The notes under the pieces were generated by a model. That model was not told where the DNA came from, ran no database searches, and worked only from the letters and a program-made list of their open reading frames with translations. From a virus (Duplodnaviria > Caudoviricetes), in the IMG/VR virus record IMGVR_UViG_3300037047_000281, positions 1 to 25,644 of that record: DNA of 25,644 nucleotides. One strand, 5' to 3'. The translations under genes and the position numbers were made by a program. Below are positions 1 through 8,139 of this stretch, in pieces; the stretch's first letter is position 1, and the number at the start of each line of letters is the position of its first letter.

Positions 1-306
1 ATGAAGCCGCATTACAAACTTCAAATTGACGGGCATATAGTCTTTCTGCCCAAATCAATTGAGCAAGTGCAGGCCGACTTCAAGGCGGCTGGCATCACGC
101 TCAGCGAATGGGCCCGGGCCAATGGTTTCCACCGCATGACCGTGGTGGACTTGTTGCGCGGCGCCCGCAAGGGCCTGCGCGGCGAAACCCACCGCTGCGC
201 CGTGGCCCTTGGCCGCAAAGAAGGCGTGGTGGTGGACGTGGCCAAGTTCAAACCCGCCCCGGCCCGCCAGGCCAGCAATGCTCCGCAAGCGAGGGCTGCC
301 GCATGA
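1..306 (+). CDS. Ner/Cro-like phage DNA-binding protein (BcepMu gp16-like family)
   Basis: Motif EQVQADFKAAGITLSEWARANGF...VVDLLRGARKGLRGETHRCAVALGRKEG; first gene of the early operon. Confidence 0.85.
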   Translation: MKPHYKLQIDGHIVFLPKSIEQVQADFKAAGITLSEWARANGFHRMTVVDLLRGARKGLRGETHRCAVALGRKEGVVVDVAKFKPAPARQASNAPQARAAA

Positions 307-677
307 AGGCCCCGCAATACGACGAGGCGGGCTTCAGGACAGACGCACCCATCATTGGCGGCGACTACGTGCCCACTGACGCAACGCTTAGCGACCATGA
401 TGCCCAGTACCTTGCGGCTGGCTTGATGGCCCCTTTTCGCCCGATCTCTTTTGATCCTGCGCTTGTAAAAAGACCTTCTGCAATTCTTCCGCCAGATGCG
501 TCATCAGACGTTGCGCAGGTGCCAGTCCATACAGATCAGCTGGCAGCGTATCTGTGCGCCGCCGCAGCATCGCTTGCAGATATTGCGCGTCAACTAGCCC
601 TTTGTGCTCAAGCGCTGCACCAAAAACCAGCAGGCTCTGCGCCAGGCCCTCAATCTGACCTTGGAGGTCCTCTGTGA
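303..677 (+). CDS. hypothetical protein (MKAPQYDEAGF...)
   Basis: ATG at 303 overlaps the previous stop (ATGA), suggesting translational coupling; overlapped by an antisense ORF. Confidence 0.45.
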   Translation: MKAPQYDEAGFRTDAPIIGGDYVPTDATLSDHDAQYLAAGLMAPFRPISFDPALVKRPSAILPPDASSDVAQVPVHTDQLAAYLCAAAASLADIARQLALCAQALHQKPAGSAPGPQSDLGGPL

Positions 678-696
678 TGTCTTCGTTGTGCCTCAT
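388..696 (-). CDS. small helical hypothetical protein on the opposite strand (MRHNEDITEDLQGQIEGLAQSLL...)
   Basis: On the - strand CTGGAGACGAC precedes the ATG (GGAG Shine-Dalgarno at normal spacing); amphipathic, protein-like sequence. Confidence 0.6.
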   Translation of the reverse strand: MRHNEDITEDLQGQIEGLAQSLLVFGAALEHKGLVDAQYLQAMLRRRTDTLPADLYGLAPAQRLMTHLAEELQKVFLQAQDQKRSGEKGPSSQPQGTGHHGR

Positions 697-816
697 GTCG
701 TCTCCAGTTGTGTTGGTTGCGATGCCCACACTGTGCGCCCAAAAACCCCAAAAACGCATTTCCAGCCCGGCCATTTGTTTCGCAGCCGCTTTCAACCCCA
801 CGACGAGGGCCTTCCA

Positions 817-1293
817 ATGATCCGCCGCAACTGGAAACGGGTGCACCCGAACAGCCTGGTCGATGCCTTGCGCCTGTGCAAGGAATACGCCCAAGAGAAA
901 TCAAACCTGTCTATCGAGCGCATTGCCGACCGCATGGGTGTCAGCCATGACAGCCTGTACAAGTGGTTGGCCACGGGGCGCTTGCCCGCCATCCTGATCC
1001 CGGCGTTTGAACACGCCTGCGGTTGCCACTTTGCCAGCTGCTGGCTGGCCGCCAGCGCGGGCAAGCTGGCCATTGACATGCCCACCGGTCGCACCGCCAC
1101 GCAGACCGACATGGTGGAGCTCAACAGCTGCTTTGGCGCCGCCCTGCAGTTGCTGTCCGACTTTTATGCCGCGCCTGGCAAGGCCGACGCGGCCGCGACC
1201 CTGGCCGCACTCACCAGCCACCTGCAGCAAGTGGCCTGGCACCACGCCAACGTGGGCCAGCACAGCAACCCTGAACTGGACTTCTGCGCATGA
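817..1293 (+). CDS. phage regulatory HTH protein (CII-like), conserved in B3-type transposable phages
   Basis: MIRRNWKRVHPNSLVDALRLCKEYA...SIERIADRMGVSHDSLYKWLATGRLP (HTH); GAGGG upstream of ATG 817. Confidence 0.75.
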   Translation: MIRRNWKRVHPNSLVDALRLCKEYAQEKSNLSIERIADRMGVSHDSLYKWLATGRLPAILIPAFEHACGCHFASCWLAASAGKLAIDMPTGRTATQTDMVELNSCFGAALQLLSDFYAAPGKADAAATLAALTSHLQQVAWHHANVGQHSNPELDFCA

Positions 1294-1526
1294 ACCAACA
1301 AGACATTCACTACGCCCTGGACAAGCAGGTGCCCGACATGAAAGCCCGGGGCTTCACCATTGGCACCAGTTACGGCCAGATTGACATGCCTCCAGGCTGG
1401 ATGGCTGACCGCATGGCCGAGCACCTGGTGCGCGCCCTGCAGTGCGAGCTGCTGTACCTGGAACGCGCCCGCCACCACGCGGGGGCATGCACACCGCAGC
1501 CGGAGGGCGACAGCCATGGCCACTGA
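1290..1526 (+). CDS. hypothetical protein
   Basis: ATGA overlap with upstream gene; phage-like codon usage. Confidence 0.65.
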   Translation: MNQQDIHYALDKQVPDMKARGFTIGTSYGQIDMPPGWMADRMAEHLVRALQCELLYLERARHHAGACTPQPEGDSHGH

Positions 1527-1839
1527 AGCCGCAGCGCCCAAACTCAATGACGCCATCCGCAAAACCTGCGAGCTGTTTCGCCTGCTGGCCGGGCACGAGC
1601 TGCTGGGCCTGGCCCCGGGCGAGATCGCCAAGGGGCTGAACGTGGGCGCACCGTGGGTCAGCGTCAACCTGCCCGCCATTGCCGCCGAGACCGGCTTTGT
1701 CGAGCGCGTGGACGGCACCAACCGTTGGCGGTTGGGCGTGCCGCTGGTGCGCATTGCTTTTTCTGTCAGCACCCAGTACAGCACCGCCGTCAAGAAGCTT
1801 GACGAAGTAGGCAAGCGCTACGCCGTACCCATCAACTAA
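1516..1839 (+). CDS. IclR-like winged-helix DNA-binding protein
   Basis: LFRLLAGHELLGLAPGEIAKGLNV...GFVERVDGTNRWRLG; GGAGGG upstream of ATG 1516. Confidence 0.8.
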   Translation: MATEAAAPKLNDAIRKTCELFRLLAGHELLGLAPGEIAKGLNVGAPWVSVNLPAIAAETGFVERVDGTNRWRLGVPLVRIAFSVSTQYSTAVKKLDEVGKRYAVPIN

Positions 1840-1867
1840 CCCCTCAACCCACAGAAAGACAAGCCCC

Positions 1868-2776
1868 ATGGCCAACAAACCTACCCCCGCCGCTCAAGTC
1901 ATTGATATCCCCATGAACCAGGTCGTGCTTGACCAGGAGCGCAGCGCCCTCACCAGTCTGGCACTCATCACCGCCCAACAAGACAGCGCCGTGCGCGCCG
2001 TGGCCCTGCAAATGGGCTATGCACTGCCCGCCGACTGCACCGACCCCGACCTGATCCAGCGCGACATCAGCGCCAACATGCGCCGCAGCGTGGAAGCTTG
2101 CCTGGAAGTGGGCAAGGGCTTGCGTGTGCTGAAAGAGGCTTGTGTCCATGGCAGCTTTATGGCCCGGCTGGATGTGCTGAATATTGATGATGGGGTCGCC
2201 CGCAAGTTCATGCACGCAGCGGCCAAGTTTTCAAATCGGTCGTCAACGACCGTTTTAAAGGCGATCAACTCCCAGACCAAGCTTTTTGAAATGCTGGTCC
2301 TGGATGACGATCAAATGGAAGAACTCGAACTCACCGGCCAGACCGGCGAACTCGCCCTCGACGACGTGGCCACCATGTCGGTCAAGGAATTGCGCAAGGC
2401 GGTGCGTGAGGCCAAGGCAGAAAAAGAAGCCACAGAAAAGCTGCTGGAAAGCAAAAACAAGCAGATCGACAAACTGAGCCGCCACATTGCCAAGGCCACG
2501 CCCGACACCGTGCTGCTGGAGCTGCAGAAAGAAACCACCGCCTTCACCAACGATGCGCTGGGCTGCATTCAGGGCCAGCTGCGCCAGGCCTTCATTGCCC
2601 TCAAGAACCATGGCGACGGCAGCGCCGACCACAGCCTGTTCATGGCCGGGCTGCTGGGCCAGGTGCAGGCCGAGCTGGCCGCGCTGCGCGATGAATTCAA
2701 TTTGCCCGACATCAGCAACGCCCGAGACCAGGAGCTTGCCGCCGAGGTGGCGCAATGGGCCCCTGTGAGCCACTAA
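1868..2776 (+). CDS. DUF3102-like phage protein
   Basis: MRRSVEACLEVGKGLRVLKEACVHGSF...ARKFMHAAAKF and LDDVATMSVKELRKAVRE motifs; usual position before the transposase. Confidence 0.75.
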   Translation: MANKPTPAAQVIDIPMNQVVLDQERSALTSLALITAQQDSAVRAVALQMGYALPADCTDPDLIQRDISANMRRSVEACLEVGKGLRVLKEACVHGSFMARLDVLNIDDGVARKFMHAAAKFSNRSSTTVLKAINSQTKLFEMLVLDDDQMEELELTGQTGELALDDVATMSVKELRKAVREAKAEKEATEKLLESKNKQIDKLSRHIAKATPDTVLLELQKETTAFTNDALGCIQGQLRQAFIALKNHGDGSADHSLFMAGLLGQVQAELAALRDEFNLPDISNARDQELAAEVAQWAPVSH

Positions 2777-2790
2777 GCCATACCAACACC

Positions 2791-4569
2791 ATGGCCCTGA
2801 ACCCCGCCACCGTCGCGCGCCTGGTGCAGCTGGCGCAAGCCATTGCCAGCGCGCCACGCGGCAGCAAGCAGGCGCTGTACGCAGCGGCCTGTGCCGAGCT
2901 GGGGGTCAGCCTGCCCACCGTCCACCGTTACCTGGAACAAGTCACCGTGAAACCCACCCGCAAACAACGCTGTGACGCCGGCGCCGTGGAGCTGTGCCGC
3001 GACGACGCCCGCGCCATCAGTGCCCTGCTCACCACCAGCGCCCGCAAAACCGGCAAGCGCCTCATGAGCATTGGCCAGGCCGTCGACATGCTGCTGGCCA
3101 ATGGCGAGATCAAACCCTTTGTGCTGGACGACGCAACCGGCGAGCTCACCCGCCTGAGCGACAGTGCCATTGCCCGCGCGCTGCGCGCCTACGGCATGCA
3201 CCCCGACCAGCTCAACCGGCCCACCCCGGCGGTGGAGCTCAAAAGCCTGCACCCCAACCATGTGTGGCAGATCGACGCCAGCATTTGCGTGCTGTATTAC
3301 CTGACCCCCAGCAGCGCCAAAGAGGCCGGCCTGCAGGTGATGGCGCGCGACCAGTTTTACAAAAACAAGCCCGCCAACCTCAAGCGCATCGAAGCCGACC
3401 GGGTGTGGAGCTATGAGGTGACCGACCACAACAGTGGCGCCATCTTTGTGCACTATGTGATGGGCGCCGAAAGCGGCACCAATCTGGCCGAAAGCTTTAT
3501 TGCCGCCATCCAGAAACGCCCCAACGACCCGCTGCACGGCGTGCCATTTATTCTGATGATGGACATGGGCAGCGCCAACACCAGCGGCCTTTTTGGCAAC
3601 CTGGCGCGCCGCCTGCAGGTGCAGTTGATCGCCCACGCCCCCGGCAACGCCCGCGCCACCGGCCAGGTGGAAAAGGCCCGCGACATCATTGAGCGCAGCT
3701 TTGAGAGCAGCCTGCGCCTGCAGCCAGTGGCCGACCTGGCCGAGCTGAACTCCTGCGCCCAGCGCTGGGCCTGCTGGTTCAACGGCAACAAGGTGCACAC
3801 GCGCCACGGCAAAACCCGTTTTGAGCAGTGGCTCACCATTGCCCCCGAGCAGTTGCGCATTGCGCCACCGGCCCCGGTGTGCTTTGAGCTGCTGAGCGAA
3901 AAGGTGGAAACCCGCAAGGTCAATGACAACCTGACCGTGTCATTCAAGAGCGGCACCTATTGCGTCAAAACCGTGCCGGGCGTGATGGTGGGCGAGAAGC
4001 TGCAGATCACCGTCAACCCCTACGTGGCCAACGCCGCCCAGGTGCTGCTGAAAGACGCCGACGGGCACGAGGTGCTGCACAGCATACCGCTGCTGGAAAA
4101 AGACGATGCCGGCTTCCTGGAGCGCGCCAACGTCATCGGCGAAGACTTCGCCCGCCCGGCCGACACGCTGCTGGACACCAACCGCAAAGAGGTGCAGCGC
4201 TTTGCCTATGACGCCGCCACCGATGAAGAGGCCGAGGCCAAGCGCCGCGCCGGTGCCATCCCGCTGGGCAGCCGCATCGACCCCTACAAGGTGATTGCGC
4301 AGGCGCCCGAGCGCAGCTTTATGCCGCGCCGTGGCAATGACCTGGTGCCCGCTGTCACCACCAGCAGCACACCGGTACCGGTGCGCACCTTGAGCCAGTT
4401 CGAAGCCGCCCAGGCGCTGGCCAAGCTGGGCCTGCCTTTGAATGGCGAACTCATCACCACGCTGAAAAGCCTGTACGTTGAGGGCGTGCCCGAGGATGAA
4501 CTGCCCGCCCTGTTTGACCGCCTGACGGTGCGCAAGAGCTTGCGTGTGGTGAACGGGGGTGCGGTATGA
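2791..4569 (+). CDS. transposase A (DDE integrase family)
   Basis: N-terminal HTH; catalytic motifs HPNHVWQIDAS, MMDMGSAN and NARATGQVEK; likely start ATG 2791. Confidence 0.93.
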   Translation: MALNPATVARLVQLAQAIASAPRGSKQALYAAACAELGVSLPTVHRYLEQVTVKPTRKQRCDAGAVELCRDDARAISALLTTSARKTGKRLMSIGQAVDMLLANGEIKPFVLDDATGELTRLSDSAIARALRAYGMHPDQLNRPTPAVELKSLHPNHVWQIDASICVLYYLTPSSAKEAGLQVMARDQFYKNKPANLKRIEADRVWSYEVTDHNSGAIFVHYVMGAESGTNLAESFIAAIQKRPNDPLHGVPFILMMDMGSANTSGLFGNLARRLQVQLIAHAPGNARATGQVEKARDIIERSFESSLRLQPVADLAELNSCAQRWACWFNGNKVHTRHGKTRFEQWLTIAPEQLRIAPPAPVCFELLSEKVETRKVNDNLTVSFKSGTYCVKTVPGVMVGEKLQITVNPYVANAAQVLLKDADGHEVLHSIPLLEKDDAGFLERANVIGEDFARPADTLLDTNRKEVQRFAYDAATDEEAEAKRRAGAIPLGSRIDPYKVIAQAPERSFMPRRGNDLVPAVTTSSTPVPVRTLSQFEAAQALAKLGLPLNGELITTLKSLYVEGVPEDELPALFDRLTVRKSLRVVNGGAV

Positions 4570-4570
4570 T
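4540..4570 (+). promoter_or_regulatory. putative sigma70 promoter of the C4-like cassette, overlapping the transposase stop
   Basis: TTGCGT (4540-4545), 19 nt spacer, TATGAT (4565-4570); spacing is suboptimal. Confidence 0.4.
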
Positions 4571-4597
4571 TCGCTCGCTGTGCAAAAAAAGCGCAGT

Positions 4598-4613
4598 CGG
4601 GATTGGCGTCCCG
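4598..4613 (+). promoter_or_regulatory. upstream antisense target hairpin (a1/b1-like)
   Basis: CGGGA-TTGGCG-TCCCG stem-loop; TTGGCGT is complementary to ACGCCAA (4739-4745) in the RNA. Confidence 0.75.
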
Positions 4614-4684
4614 TTGCACCCCTACGACGAAAGCCGTAGGACTCCCGCAGTCACTGCGGCTTCGTTGTCTGTGCCCCCAGTTTT

Positions 4685-4761
4685 GGTGGCTCGGATGGGG
4701 GGCCGTAAGGCCGCCGTTTCCCGCAAGGGGTGCACGGTACGCCAACCCTGTTCGAGCTACC
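4685..4761 (+). ncRNA. C4/CI-family antisense RNA
   Basis: GGTGGCTCGGATGGGG pairs with CCCTGTTCGAGCTACC (with G-U pairs); internal hairpins GGCC-GTAA-GGCC and CCC-GCAA-GGG have GNRA loops; single-stranded TACGCCAA; overlapping frames show ash-family motifs KSAVGIGVP and YANPVRAT. Confidence 0.85.
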
Positions 4762-4786
4762 TCCCCGGATTGGCGTCTAAGGAGGT
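4759..4786 (+). promoter_or_regulatory. downstream antisense target (a2/b2-like)
   Basis: Second GGATTGGCGTC (4767-4777) inside an ACCTCC...GGAGGT stem. Confidence 0.7.
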
Positions 4787-4820
4787 GGTTTTTGCAAACC
4801 GCACCCCTTGGAGGCCATTC

Positions 4821-5087
4821 ATGGCACGTAATCCCTCGACCCCGGCTATTGCCGTCACTGACGTTGTTGACGCGCTCGACCACCTGTCTGATCACTTTCT
4901 CGCCTTTGAGGCCATCGAGCAATTGATCACCCCGCAAAAGGCCAATTGCAGAGAAGACCTGGCCCACGTAGACCGCCCCGCGCTGGGCGTCCTGCTCACC
5001 ATGCTCAACACCAGCATGCGCAACCAGATCACCGCAGCCCGCGCAGCGGCTGAGGTGGCCCACCAAATGAATCGGGGTGAAGCATGA
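4821..5087 (+). CDS. small protein downstream of the C4-like RNA (icd-position gene); may extend upstream to 4566 as an ash-like ORF
   Basis: GGAGG at 4810-4814 before ATG 4821; stop overlaps the next start (ATGA). Confidence 0.7.
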   Translation: MARNPSTPAIAVTDVVDALDHLSDHFLAFEAIEQLITPQKANCREDLAHVDRPALGVLLTMLNTSMRNQITAARAAAEVAHQMNRGEA

Positions 5088-6652
5088 GCCAAACAAACCA
5101 CAGCTACATGCCAATGGCCATTGATGGCCTCACGGGAACGGTGCGCTACACCTGCCCGCCGGGCGCTGAACCGTTGGTTGATTTGCGTTCCTTGTTTGAG
5201 GCGCTACGGATGAAGTGGCTGACATGGGAGGCACGGATGCTTGTCATTTGCAGCCAAAGGGGTTGGCAGCCACACATTGCAAAGGACTTTCAAGGCCGCA
5301 AAACACAGTTGCTTGCAGCATCCAGCGTGGCGCACCTGTTGTCAGCTCTCGCGGTGTCGCCGCTGGCCTGCCGCCATGCCACCAAAAGCAAATTGACGGC
5401 CTGTGCGCATATGTGGGACCGCAATTGGGAGAGGCTGGCAATTGGTACCGCAAGAGGGCGCGTTATGGGGCCGTTAACGCATGGAGAAGCCCAAGGGCAT
5501 ACCTGCGTACTCAAAAGCGTTGCGGAGGCCTCAAACGGCATTACGCCAACAACCGAGTTTGAGGTCTTGAAACTCACCGCAGACGGGCGCACACCCACCC
5601 AGATCGCCAAAGAACTAGGCCTGAACAGATCCACAGTCAGCCTGCTCGCCCGTGGCAAATACAAATTCGCCAAAAAGTTGGCCTCAGGGATATCGAACAC
5701 CCCTGAGGCCGTTTCCTCAACCCCAACCGTAACCGAAGAAAAGGAAGATCCGATGTTATTGCAAAACCAAGCCCTCAACCCCGAGGCACGCCAGCACTTC
5801 AAGCTGCCGCGCAACCCGTTTGTGGACGACGTGCAGAGCCCCGACGATGTTTTTCAGACGCCCAGCGTGCGTTATGTGCGCGCCGCGCTGCTCGACTGCG
5901 CCCAGCACCACGGCTTTGTGGCGGTGGTGGGTGAGAGCGGCGCGGGCAAGAGCACGCTGGCCGAAGACCTGGAGGAGCGCATCAAGGCCGACAAGCGCGA
6001 GGTGCTGGTGGTGCGCCCCTATGTGCTGGCCATGGAGGCCAACGACCAAAAGGGCAAAACCCTTAAAAGCGGCGCCATTGCCGAGGCCATTGCCTTTGCG
6101 CTCGACCCCCATATCAGCCTGCGCAGCAGCCCGCAGGCGCGTTTTCAGCAGGTGCATGACTTGCTCAAGGCCAGCCGCCGCGCCGGCCGACGCCACCTGC
6201 TGTTGATCGAAGAGGCCCATTGCCTGCCGCTGGCCACGCTCAAGCACCTCAAGCGCTTTCTGGAGTTGAAAGACGGCATGCAGCGTCTGATTGGTGTGGC
6301 CCTGATTGGCCAGCCCGAGCTGCGCGAGCGCCTGGGTAGCCAGAACGCCGAGGTGCGCGAGGTGGCGCAGCGCTGCGAGATTGTGGCGCTGGACCCGCTG
6401 GACGGCGAGCTTGAAGCCTACCTGCAGCACAAGTTTGCCCGCTTCGACCTCAAGCTCTCTGACGTGTTTGCGCCGGACGCCTTTGACGCCATGCGCGCCC
6501 GCCTCATCCACACGCCACGCGGTGGCCGCCCGGCCGATGCGCGCAGCCTGTGTTACCCGCTGGTGGTGAACAACCTGGTGTGCCGCGCCATGAACGCTGC
6601 CGCCGCCGCCCACTGGCCGCAGGTGGACGCCCAGGTGGTGAAGGGGTGCTGA
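5084..6652 (+). CDS. transposition ATPase B (ExeA-like AAA+) with N-terminal antirepressor-like domain and HTH
   Basis: Walker A GESGAGKST, Walker B LLLIEEAH; HTH GRTPTQIAKELGLNRSTVSLLARG; N-terminal ~120 aa resembles P22 Ant N-terminal domain; possible internal start ATG 5753. Confidence 0.88.
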   Translation: MSQTNHSYMPMAIDGLTGTVRYTCPPGAEPLVDLRSLFEALRMKWLTWEARMLVICSQRGWQPHIAKDFQGRKTQLLAASSVAHLLSALAVSPLACRHATKSKLTACAHMWDRNWERLAIGTARGRVMGPLTHGEAQGHTCVLKSVAEASNGITPTTEFEVLKLTADGRTPTQIAKELGLNRSTVSLLARGKYKFAKKLASGISNTPEAVSSTPTVTEEKEDPMLLQNQALNPEARQHFKLPRNPFVDDVQSPDDVFQTPSVRYVRAALLDCAQHHGFVAVVGESGAGKSTLAEDLEERIKADKREVLVVRPYVLAMEANDQKGKTLKSGAIAEAIAFALDPHISLRSSPQARFQQVHDLLKASRRAGRRHLLLIEEAHCLPLATLKHLKRFLELKDGMQRLIGVALIGQPELRERLGSQNAEVREVAQRCEIVALDPLDGELEAYLQHKFARFDLKLSDVFAPDAFDAMRARLIHTPRGGRPADARSLCYPLVVNNLVCRAMNAAAAAHWPQVDAQVVKGC

Positions 6653-6656
6653 GCAC

Positions 6657-6806
6657 ATGAAAACCTACCGCCTCATGGTGACTCAGCCCGACGGCTCGCG
6701 TTGCCTCTTTTGCGGCCTGTATGCCGACGGCTTTGACGCCGTGATCCAGACCATGACCACTTACCCCGATGCCAAGCGCATCAGCGCCCGGAGGATTGCC
6801 GCATGA
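6657..6806 (+). CDS. 49-aa hypothetical protein (MKTYRLMVTQPDGSRCLFCGLYADGFDAV...ISARRIAA), not in the ORF track
   Basis: Fills the gap exactly between B and the next gene, ending in an ATGA overlap. Confidence 0.7.
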   Translation: MKTYRLMVTQPDGSRCLFCGLYADGFDAVIQTMTTYPDAKRISARRIAA

Positions 6807-7138
6807 GCCGAGCTTGTAAAGACCTGGCCGTGTGCCAGCGCATTGACTGCCCGGACTGCGACGCCTTTGAGTGCGAGCTGCCTTGCAGTCCCGAGCCCGC
6901 AGATGGCGAACTCTACCCCTGGCCGCGCTACCCGTTTGCGCCTGGCGTGATCCAGGGCGCCAAAGACAGCCAGTGGAACGGCCTGGGTGAGTCTGACGCC
7001 TACCCGCTGACCACCGGTGAGGGCCTGAAAGTGCTGCTGCTGGTGTTGCTGGTGGCCGTGTTGGGCAGTGTGCTGGGCGGCTTTTTGGCCGGGTACTTGC
7101 CCTGGCCCGCCTGGCTGACCGTGGGGTTGCCAGGATGA
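6803..7138 (+). CDS. hypothetical membrane protein with Cys-rich N-terminus
   Basis: C-terminal hydrophobic helix VLLLVLLVAVLGSVLGGFLAGYL; coupled overlaps on both sides. Confidence 0.7.
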   Translation: MSRACKDLAVCQRIDCPDCDAFECELPCSPEPADGELYPWPRYPFAPGVIQGAKDSQWNGLGESDAYPLTTGEGLKVLLLVLLVAVLGSVLGGFLAGYLPWPAWLTVGLPG

Positions 7139-7674
7139 CGCTCGACCTCAGTTGCCCCGTGTGCGGCGCCGGCCTGGCGCTGGACCACCTGTTTGTCGAC
7201 GCCGACAACCGCGCCGCCGTGGCCCGGCTCATTGCCGTGGCGCTGCCCCTGGGCGGGCCGCTGCTGCAGTACACCCGGCTGTTTGCCCCGCCCAAGACCA
7301 GCCTGACCCAGCGCAAACAGGTGCGCATCATCCTGCAGCTGCTGCCCGACCTGGAGCGCGGCGCCATCACCCACCGGGGCCGCGACTGGGCGGTGCCGCT
7401 GAGCGTGTGGGCGCAGGGCATCGACCAGATGCTGCAGGCGCGTGACGCCGGCCGCCTGGAGCTGCCCATGAAAGGCCACGGCTACCTGTACGCCATCTTG
7501 ACCAGCCTGGCCGACAAGGTGGAAGCCGTGGCCGAGGTGCGCACCGAGGCCGCCAAGCGCCACCCGGTGAGCGTGCCCGTGGCCGGGCAGGGCGCGGCCC
7601 AGCCAGCCGCCATGCCCGAGGCCATACGCCAGCAAATTGCCAGCCTCAAAAACCTTGGAGTCAAAGCCCCATGA
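7135..7674 (+). CDS. conserved Mu-like phage hypothetical protein with CPVC motif
   Basis: LSCPVCG...YTRLFAPPK...LELPMKGHGYLYAIL. Confidence 0.8.
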   Translation: MTLDLSCPVCGAGLALDHLFVDADNRAAVARLIAVALPLGGPLLQYTRLFAPPKTSLTQRKQVRIILQLLPDLERGAITHRGRDWAVPLSVWAQGIDQMLQARDAGRLELPMKGHGYLYAILTSLADKVEAVAEVRTEAAKRHPVSVPVAGQGAAQPAAMPEAIRQQIASLKNLGVKAP

Positions 7675-8138
7675 AAGAGATCGAGAAAACCTGCCACCAG
7701 CAAAGCGATGTCAACCTGGCGCTGCTCAAGCTGATCAAGCAATACGGCCAGGCCTGCTACACCCTGCTGTTCGACCAGTTTGGCAACCTGGAGCGCAACA
7801 CCACTGCTGCCCACACGCGCTTCAGTAAAAAGCTGCAATACCTGTGCTACACCGACCAGCTGCAGCGCACCGGCATGGGCAAGAAGGCGGTCTACACGCT
7901 GGGCCACCTGGCATTCAAACCCCAGCCCGGCACCGCCCTGGCGGCCAGCCGTCATTGCGAGCGAAGCGCGGCAATCCATGACCCCATCGACCCCGCCGAC
8001 TCTTACCTGGTAAGCAAGGCCCTGCCCAACCAGTACGACGTGATGGCCGCCCCGGAATTTACGCCGCCACCCGCCACGGTGCTGCGCCCCGGCGCCCTGG
8101 ACTACCAGCGCTACGCCAGCCATGGCGACCGCTGCTGA
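7671..8138 (+). CDS. hypothetical protein carrying an in-frame palindromic repeat
   Basis: ATGA overlap; C-terminal LRPGALDYQRYASHG motif. Confidence 0.75.
   Translation: MKEIEKTCHQQSDVNLALLKLIKQYGQACYTLLFDQFGNLERNTTAAHTRFSKKLQYLCYTDQLQRTGMGKKAVYTLGHLAFKPQPGTALAASRHCERSAAIHDPIDPADSYLVSKALPNQYDVMAAPEFTPPPATVLRPGALDYQRYASHGDRC
7949..7979 (+). repeat. CGTC-tagged REP-like palindromic repeat, copy 1 (intragenic)
   Basis: CCGTCATTGCGAGCGAAGCGCGGCAATCCAT. Confidence 0.85.
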
Positions 8139-8139
8139 C

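Noticed and set aside
604-816. Longer upstream starts given by the ORF track (604, 1360, 2755, 10216, 12306, 15049, 16349)
   Set aside because: They overlap neighbouring genes; downstream ATGs with ribosome-binding sites or coupled stops fit better
2773-3807. Long reverse-strand ORFs (e.g. 2773-3807, 5756-6658, 7482-8627, 11407-12567, 21308-22402)
   Set aside because: Antisense shadows of well-supported + strand genes in GC-rich DNA; no recognisable motifs
4685-4761. Cloverleaf-like structure as a tRNA
   Set aside because: No TTC-containing T-loop or anticodon arm geometry; GNRA loops and flanking complementary targets fit a C4-like RNA
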